From assembly GCF_001644705.1 (NCBI RefSeq), contig NZ_CP015137.1:30001-62000 (forward strand): a stretch of DNA of 32,000 nucleotides, read 5' to 3'. This DNA comes from Dickeya solani IPO 2222. Its GTDB lineage: Bacteria; Pseudomonadota; Gammaproteobacteria; Enterobacterales; Enterobacteriaceae. Each line of letters begins with the position of its first letter. The stretch's first letter is position 1. Shown one piece after another: positions 26,614-32,000 of the stretch. A program made the position numbers and the translations under genes. The notes beneath the pieces were generated by a model. The model was not told the origin of the DNA. It made no database searches and saw only the letters and a list, made by a program, of their open reading frames with translations.

Positions 26614-27019
26614 GGGTATTTTTCTCTTTTTGCCAACAGTTTCACCCCGAACAGGGGCCGGGCCGGTTTTCCTGTTATGACCTGCCAGACAAACACACAC
26701 GCAGGCAACGGGTTGCGCCCATAGAATAGCAGTGATTCTGCGGGTTGATGGAGTGAAAAAGGGGCAAGTGGAGGGATATTTATCCGCATCGACCACCACC
26801 GGCCCGCGTCTGAAATCCATCCGTCTGTTTGCTGAGCCGTCACCCAACACGCCTGAATAGTTTAATCAGCCACACACGATAATATAACGCCATCGTTCTT
26901 CTGCATGACGCTGAAATATACCCGACTTCAGTTCGTAATAATACTGAAGCGGCCTCCCATTCATCCTATTGGCGTTAATTTTCATGATTGACGTCAAATA
27001 ATATTGTTATTAAACGCCC

Positions 27020-29098
27020 ATGAAAAAAAATAACACCACCCGGAAACAACTCGTCGTCGTGATAAAAAAAACGCGCTCTTTTGCGAAGAAAACAGAAATA
27101 ACGACCCAATCCCGTCAAAATACCACAGCCGCCAACAGCACGGCAGCGAATTACCCCAACGCCCCGTCCACCGGGTTGGACAATATCCGCTTGTCCGCAC
27201 CGGAACCCGGCCAGTCTGGCGCGCCTGCACCTGCCGCCAGCCAGCCGACGCCGCCAGCCGCACCGCTGGCGACAACCGTTCCGCCGCTGCCAAAATTTAA
27301 TGCGCCGCGCGCTGAAACAGCCACGCCGCCGTCCGTGCCGCCGGTACAACCCTCAACATCCAGCACGCCGCAACCCAGCCTGCCGTCTCCAGCGCCGGCA
27401 CCGATTGCCGCCGCTTCCGTAGCAGAACCCCCGGCAGCCCAGGAACCGGCTACCCCACCGTTTGCGCCTGACTATGCAGCAGTTGGAAATCAGTTGAATA
27501 AGCTGATGTCCGGCATGGCGGCGCCGCTGTCGCGGCTGGCGGGCACCGTACCGGGATTACTCTCTTCCGCGTCTAAATCCATAGCGCAGGCAGCCAAAGA
27601 CAAGCCAAGCGTAGCCGCTGCCAAGCCGACTCCGGTTGAATCCAAAGCCACAGTGCCAACAGTTAACACCGCGGAAGCCAAGCCCATTGAGGTTAAGCCG
27701 ATCGAGGTTGATGTTAAAGTCAACGCGGTTACACCGGCGTCTTCGTCTGCCGCATCAACGCCTACTGCGGTGCCATTATCAGGCAGTTCAACAGCGTCGG
27801 CACCTAAACCTATCGCAACGGTAACCTGGAATCCTGCGACCACTCTCAGCTCACTGCAACGCAATGCCAAAAAGGAATCTATAGGTTATTGTGCAAGAGC
27901 CGTTGTAGATGCTATCCAGGCTGGTGGAACAAAAATAGAAAGAGTTCCTGCTGCGAAGGAGCTGGGCTCAAAACTTATTGCCGCCGGTTTTACCGCCGTA
28001 TTTTCCATGCCAAGGCCGTCCAGAGAATATGACCGCAGCAAACTCTTGCCTGGCGATATAGTTGTATTAGAAGGATTTAATAAAGACGAACGCAAAGGGA
28101 TAAAAAAAGACCATACTTTTGGCCATGCCGCCATGTACGACGGCAGCAAATGGATTTCTGACTTTACACAATCTGGGTTCTATCCAGGTCCGGATTACCG
28201 AAAGGCACTGCCTGGCTACACCATTTATCGAATGGTTGCCACGCAGGCTCAGATTAATGCCATCAACGCTTCTCAGAGGGGCGAATCGGCACCCCAAACG
28301 CCGGTAGCCGTGCCTTCTATGCCGGTAACGCGTCCGGCCCCTCAGACAGCGCAGCCATCAGCACCTGTAACGCGTTCTTCAACTCAGACGACACAACCGT
28401 CTGTACCGGTATCGCGCCCTGCGCATCAAACAGCGCGCCCTTCTGCACCTGTGTCACGCTCCACCGCATCTGGTTCTATTCCGTCGGGAAATAAGCCGAT
28501 ATCATCCGACCAAGACTTCCTTAATGAATTTAATATAGATATATCTTTTTTAAGGGTGTCTGAAGGCATGAGAAATGATGGGTATGTTCCTTTAAATAAG
28601 GATGGAACTCCAGTTGAAAATTCGGGAGTAACCATAGGAATGGGGATTGACTTAGGTCAGCGAGAAGCAAAAGACTTAATACGTGATGGTGTCCCCAGTA
28701 GCATTGTAGAAAAACTTAAACCCTACATGAAACTCAAGAAAGCGAATGCGTTACAAAAAATACGAGAAATGCCATTAAGATTAACATCCAATGAAGTCAG
28801 TATACTGTCAAACATATATATTCAAAAATCAATACAGTCTTTAGAAACTGAATTTGATAATGAAAGTAAAAGCGTAAAATTCTCGCAATTACCTGCCAAT
28901 ACACGGACCATGATCCTGGACCTGGCACATCAGTATGGAAATTTAAAATTGAAAACACCCAAAGCATGGGGATTCATAATAAATCAACAATGGGAAGAGC
29001 TTGTTAGAGAGTTAAATAATTTCCACGATAAATACCCAACCAGAAGAGGAAGAGAGGCCCAATTAATAGAGGATGACCTTAAGAACGGAAGAATATAA
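27020..29098 (+). CDS. 692-aa mosaic protein: Pro/Ala/Ser-rich N-terminal region, NlpC/P60-CHAP-like Cys-His amidase domain, and pesticin/T4-lysozyme-like muramidase domain
   Basis: This is the only possible start, because an in-frame TAA lies at 27011. There is no signal peptide. The central block SIGYC(291)ARAVVDAIQAGG...LPGDIVVLEG...FGH(369)AAMYDGSKWISDF has the papain-fold amidase signature. The C-terminal block FLRVSE(515)GMRNDGYVPLNKDGTPVENSGVT(538)IGMGID(544)LGQ has the lysozyme E/T/D arrangement. Family names come from motif recognition only. Confidence 0.8.
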   Translation: MKKNNTTRKQLVVVIKKTRSFAKKTEITTQSRQNTTAANSTAANYPNAPSTGLDNIRLSAPEPGQSGAPAPAASQPTPPAAPLATTVPPLPKFNAPRAETATPPSVPPVQPSTSSTPQPSLPSPAPAPIAAASVAEPPAAQEPATPPFAPDYAAVGNQLNKLMSGMAAPLSRLAGTVPGLLSSASKSIAQAAKDKPSVAAAKPTPVESKATVPTVNTAEAKPIEVKPIEVDVKVNAVTPASSSAASTPTAVPLSGSSTASAPKPIATVTWNPATTLSSLQRNAKKESIGYCARAVVDAIQAGGTKIERVPAAKELGSKLIAAGFTAVFSMPRPSREYDRSKLLPGDIVVLEGFNKDERKGIKKDHTFGHAAMYDGSKWISDFTQSGFYPGPDYRKALPGYTIYRMVATQAQINAINASQRGESAPQTPVAVPSMPVTRPAPQTAQPSAPVTRSSTQTTQPSVPVSRPAHQTARPSAPVSRSTASGSIPSGNKPISSDQDFLNEFNIDISFLRVSEGMRNDGYVPLNKDGTPVENSGVTIGMGIDLGQREAKDLIRDGVPSSIVEKLKPYMKLKKANALQKIREMPLRLTSNEVSILSNIYIQKSIQSLETEFDNESKSVKFSQLPANTRTMILDLAHQYGNLKLKTPKAWGFIINQQWEELVRELNNFHDKYPTRRGREAQLIEDDLKNGRI
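28322..28489 (+). repeat. Four degenerate 42-bp (14-aa) tandem units forming the inter-domain linker of the 692-aa protein
   Basis: PVTRPAPQTAQPSA (28322), PVTRSSTQTTQPSV (28364), PVSRPAHQTARPSA (28406) and PVSRSTASGSIPSG (28448). Confidence 0.8.
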
Positions 29099-29111
29099 CT
29101 CTGTCCCGATG

Positions 29112-29137
29112 CAGGCGGTCGCTTAAACGGCCGCCTG
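29112..29137 (+). terminator. Terminator-like hairpin after the 692-aa ORF
   Basis: CAGGCGGTCG / CTTAAA / CGGCCGCCTG forms a 10-bp stem with one G-U pair, starting 14 nt after the stop. The tail is TTATCATCATCAGTTTTAT. Confidence 0.55.
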
Positions 29138-29247
29138 TTATCATCATCAGTTTTATCCCCCCACCAGCCCCCTACCACGCACTTAATGGTACACTTAGCC
29201 CCCAGCAATGCTGGACCACCGGCCCCATGAACACGAGTTACCGTTAA

Positions 29248-30189
29248 ATGTCAGAAAATCAATCTGTTACACCCAAAGAGCAGTACAACCTTAATAAGCT
29301 GCAAAAGCGCCTGCGTCGCAACGTGGGCGAAGCGATCGCCGATTTCAATATGATCGAAGACGGCGATCGGATTATGGTGTGTCTGTCCGGTGGCAAAGAC
29401 AGCTACACCATGCTGGAGATTCTGCGCAATCTGCAGCAAAGCGCGCCGGTGAATTTCTCGCTGGTGGCGGTGAATCTGGACCAGAAGCAGCCAGGGTTCC
29501 CGGAGCATGTGCTGCCGCAGTATCTGGACAGCATCGGCGTCGAATACAAGATTGTGGAAGAGAACACCTACGGCATCGTCAAAGAGAAGATTCCGGAAGG
29601 TAAGACTACTTGCTCGCTGTGCTCGCGCCTGCGTCGCGGCATTCTGTACCGCACCGCTACCGAACTGGGCGCCACTAAGATCGCCCTCGGCCATCACCGC
29701 GACGACATCCTGCAAACGCTGTTTCTGAACATGTTCTACGGCGGCAAATTGAAAGGCATGCCGCCGAAACTGGTGAGCGACGACGGCAAGCATGTGGTAA
29801 TCCGCCCGCTGGCGTACTGCCGTGAAAAAGACATTGAGCATTTTGCCGACGCGCGCCAGTTCCCGATTATCCCATGTAATCTGTGCGGCTCGCAGCCTAA
29901 CCTGCAACGTCAGGTAATCAAGGACATGCTGCGCGACTGGGACAAACGCCACCCCGGCCGCATCGAAACCATGTTCAGCGCCATGCAGAATGCAGTGCCG
30001 TCGCATCTGTGCGACACCAACCTGTTCGATTTCAAATCGATTCGTCAGGGCAGCGAGGTAGTGGACGGCGGCGATCTGGCGTTCGACCGTGAAGACATGC
30101 CATTACAGCCGGTAGGCTGGCAGCCGGATGAGGATGACGAAGACAACGCTCGCCCGCTGGAACGACTGAACGTACTGGAAATCCGTTAA
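29248..30189 (+). CDS. ttcA: tRNA-cytidine(32) 2-sulfurtransferase TtcA
   Basis: [67 protein letters not shown]... is near-identical to E. coli TtcA. It has the PP-loop SGGKDS and the Cys motifs [10 protein letters not shown] and CNLCGSQ. Confidence 0.95.
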   Translation: MSENQSVTPKEQYNLNKLQKRLRRNVGEAIADFNMIEDGDRIMVCLSGGKDSYTMLEILRNLQQSAPVNFSLVAVNLDQKQPGFPEHVLPQYLDSIGVEYKIVEENTYGIVKEKIPEGKTTCSLCSRLRRGILYRTATELGATKIALGHHRDDILQTLFLNMFYGGKLKGMPPKLVSDDGKHVVIRPLAYCREKDIEHFADARQFPIIPCNLCGSQPNLQRQVIKDMLRDWDKRHPGRIETMFSAMQNAVPSHLCDTNLFDFKSIRQGSEVVDGGDLAFDREDMPLQPVGWQPDEDDEDNARPLERLNVLEIR

Positions 30190-30195
30190 TTCATC

Positions 30196-30213
30196 GGCGG
30201 CCCTGCGGCCGCC
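30196..30213 (+). terminator. Terminator hairpin of ttcA
   Basis: GGCGGCC / CTGC / GGCCGCC forms a perfect 7-bp GC stem 6 nt after the stop, followed by the pyrimidine-rich AACGTTCTCTCTTTCC. Confidence 0.6.
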
Positions 30214-30334
30214 AACGTTCTCTCTTTCCGTTATGCTGTCTTTCCTGATAAAAACGGGTGTTCAGACCAAGCACCCGCATCCACAAACACCCCATAGGCA
30301 CAGGTTCAAGAATGCCGCGCGCTAAATCGCGGGC

Positions 30335-30359
30335 AAAAAAAAGCCGACAAAACGTCGGC
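30335..30359 (-). terminator. Rho-independent terminator on the minus strand, ~210 nt downstream of the zntB stop
   Basis: The minus strand reads GCCGAC GTTTT GTCGGC TTTTTTTT: a 6-bp stem, a 5-nt loop and an 8-T tract. Confidence 0.75.
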
Positions 30360-30570
30360 ATGGTGTGAATTAATTGTGCTATGCAGTAATTCAAAAAAGG
30401 AAGTAAGACAATATGGAGCGCAACGCCCATCGCTTGACGTTGCATTCACCTGCGAGAGGGATAGTGCCGCAGGCGTAGACCAAAAATGTTGATATTGCTC
30501 AATATTGACCACGGTTTTTATCATCGTCGACGGTTGTGTGATACCCCACGCAATAATTTTGCCATGCCAC

Positions 30571-31557
30571 TCACAGCCATTTACTGCGTTTTAACCACCA
30601 GGCAACGCCACCAACCAACAACACCAACATCAGGCAGAATACGCCAAATCCGATGCCGCTATTGGCTCCCGGCATACCGCCCAGATTGACGCCAAACAAC
30701 CCGGTCAGAAACGTAGTCGGCAGGAAAACCATCGCCAGCAACGACATGGTATACGTACGCCGGTTCATGGCGTCGGTCATCAGCGTGGTGATTTCGTCGG
30801 CAATCACGGTCGTACGGGCGATGCTGGCGTCCAGATCTTCCAGACCCCGGCCGAGACGTTCGGCAATCTCCTGCATGCGGCGACGGTCGTCATCCTGCAT
30901 CCAGCCAAACTTCTCGCCGGACAAGCGCGAGAAAATATCGCGCTGCGGCGTCATGTAGCGACGTAACACAATCAGCTGTTTACGAATCAGCGCCAGTTCG
31001 CCGCGCGGCGGGATGCGCTGCTCCAGCAATGCATCTTCCAGATCGATGATTTTCTCATGCAGCTCATCAATGAACTCACTGGTATGATCGGTTAACGCCT
31101 CCGCGATAGACACCATCCAGTCTCCGCTGTTGGCAGGACCGTTACCCTCTTTCAGATCGCCCATCACCTCATCGATCGCCGCCACTTTACGGCGCCGAGT
31201 CGAGACAATCAGGCGATCGGTGATAAAGACCCGAATCGCCACCAGCTCATCCGGCCGGGCATTAGGGTTATAATTGATGCTGCGCAGGGTCACTAGCGTG
31301 CCTTCGCCAAGCCGTACTACGCGAGGGCGGGCGCTTTCTCCCGCCAGCGCATTGCGTACGCTATCCGGCAGCAGCGTGGTTTCATGCAGCCAGCGCACGC
31401 TGGCAGGTTGCGTCGAGTCAAGATGCAGCCAGGCAGGCAGAACCGCCTCCTCGCTCAGGCCACTCTCCACCAGCGGCAGAATGCCTCCCCTGCCGTCCAG
31501 TTGACAGGTAAAGACGGCGCCGGTGTGTCGGATAGTTTTATTTTCAGTCACTTCCAC
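30571..31557 (-). CDS. zntB: CorA-family zinc transporter ZntB
   Basis: 328 aa. The C-terminal part ...[29 protein letters not shown]...WWLKRSKWL carries the GxN motif in the ZntB form (GVN). The N-terminal soluble domain and the adjacency to ttcA match the E. coli ydaN/ydaO region. Confidence 0.9.
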   Translation of the reverse strand: MEVTENKTIRHTGAVFTCQLDGRGGILPLVESGLSEEAVLPAWLHLDSTQPASVRWLHETTLLPDSVRNALAGESARPRVVRLGEGTLVTLRSINYNPNARPDELVAIRVFITDRLIVSTRRRKVAAIDEVMGDLKEGNGPANSGDWMVSIAEALTDHTSEFIDELHEKIIDLEDALLEQRIPPRGELALIRKQLIVLRRYMTPQRDIFSRLSGEKFGWMQDDDRRRMQEIAERLGRGLEDLDASIARTTVIADEITTLMTDAMNRRTYTMSLLAMVFLPTTFLTGLFGVNLGGMPGANSGIGFGVFCLMLVLLVGGVAWWLKRSKWL

Positions 31558-31697
31558 ACGTTATCTCCCACTATGCACACGGTTTCCATCTTACTGTCTA
31601 CATCAATGACTGCAATCGGAAAGGGATGCATCCTCCGCCACCTGCGCCGCACCAGGGCGGAGGCGCGTGCGTAACATGATGGTATGGCTATCCGCCA

Positions 31698-31773
31698 GTC
31701 AGTGTTTCAGAATCGAGTAAGTGTTTCAGAATCGAGTCAGTGCTTCAGAATCGAGTCAGTGCTTCAGGATATA
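31698..31773. repeat. 19-bp tandem repeat x4 spanning the stop codon of the OppA-like gene
   Basis: Plus-strand units are GTCAGTGTTTCAGAATCGA (31698), GTAAGTGTTTCAGAATCGA (31717), GTCAGTGCTTCAGAATCGA (31736) and GTCAGTGCTTCAGGATATA (31755). The last unit is the authentic gene end (minus strand ...ATC CTG AAG CAC TGA). Confidence 0.95.
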
Positions 31774-32000
31774 GAGCGTCTGGCTGTAGGCGACATCCTC
31801 AGGATTGGTGATGGGATACCCTTTCACCCAAGGTTTAATCAACCGGCCGTTGGTGTACTGGTAAATCGGCGCGATCGGCGCCTGCTCCGCCAGGATCTGC
31901 TCGGCGCGGTTGTAATCCTCGTTCAGCACTTTTCGGTCGGTCTGCCCGGCGGTATCCGCCATCAGTCGATCATAATCGGCGTTGCTGAAACGGGCGATAT
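31756..32000 (-). CDS. Periplasmic oligopeptide/murein-peptide binding protein (OppA/MppA family), 3' end only
   Basis: The frame is open to the window edge. ...FSNADYDRLMADTAGQTDRKVLNEDYNRAEQILAEQAPIAPIYQYTNGRLIKPWVKGYPITNPEDVAYSQTLYILKH parallels the E. coli OppA C-terminus (...VPVYYYVNARLVKPWVGGYTGKDPLDNIYVKNLYIIKH). Confidence 0.85.
   Translation of the reverse strand, partial: IARFSNADYDRLMADTAGQTDRKVLNEDYNRAEQILAEQAPIAPIYQYTNGRLIKPWVKGYPITNPEDVAYSQTLYILKH

Noticed and set aside
26614-26850. Long form (244 aa) of the minus-strand lipoprotein ORF.
   Set aside because: The internal Met at 26613 gives a canonical lipoprotein signal peptide. The upstream 79 residues are Arg/Pro/Cys-rich with no features and would bury the signal peptide.
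26853-26869. LexA/SOS-box-like CTGAATAGTTTAATCAG upstream of the hydrolase gene (bacteriocins are often SOS-induced).
   Set aside because: The spacing is CTG-N11-CAG rather than the CTG-N10-CAG of the CTGT-N8-ACAG consensus, and the flanking T/A of the consensus are missing. It is not a credible LexA site.
29251-30006. 251-aa minus-strand ORF covering ttcA.
   Set aside because: This is an antisense shadow of ttcA, which has near-identity to the E. coli protein. There is no independent evidence for it.
30191-30445. 84-aa minus-strand ORF between ttcA and zntB.
   Set aside because: It reads through a strong intrinsic terminator (stem and T-tract are inside the ORF). It has no proper SD spacing and a nonsense-like composition. 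The region is better explained as an untranslated transcript.

Overview
This is a chromosomal segment from an enterobacterium. The backbone is GC-rich: coding lines I hand-counted ran about 55-70% GC. Gene content matches several E. coli neighbourhoods joined together: chaA, dauA, rstAB-asr-ydgD, hrpA/azoR, ydbH-ynbE, ldhA and ttcA/zntB. The GC level and two chemoreceptor genes suggest a soft-rot Pectobacteriaceae such as Dickeya, but that is only a guess. I see no rRNA, tRNA, CRISPR array, IS element, integrase or prophage genes.

Most genes are recognisable housekeeping genes. All homology calls are made from memory of E. coli proteins and from motifs visible in the translations; no database search was run. 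The accessory-looking parts are:
- a lower-GC lldP-lutABC lactate-utilisation block (about 7.6-12.3 kb);
- an Aer-type receptor between ydbH and ldhA;
- a block of MCP, lipoprotein and a 692-aa mosaic protein at 24.0-29.1 kb.

The best candidate for something new is that 692-aa ORF (27020..29098). It has no signal peptide. A long Pro/Ala/Ser-rich, presumably disordered N-terminus is followed by a Cys-His (NlpC/P60-CHAP-like) amidase domain. After a 4 x 14-aa linker comes a very AT-rich pesticin/T4-lysozyme-like muramidase domain. There is no secretion-system gene in the window and no downstream immunity gene; the only neighbour is a divergently transcribed unknown lipoprotein. I read it as a possible two-warhead bacteriocin or antibacterial effector.

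Other points worth a second look:
- Short tandem duplications begin inside the last codons of four genes and carry copies of the stop codon downstream.
- The hrpA-azoR intergenic region holds a composite 3 x 22 bp + 4 x 18 bp array sharing a TTGTACTG core.
- The acid-shock protein Asr is expanded by ten near-identical 42-bp units. It sits directly behind rstAB, downstream of an RstA-box-like site and next to a trypsin-like YdgD protease.
- The ydbH-ynbE pair lacks ydbL.
- An orphan terminator lies downstream of zntB.
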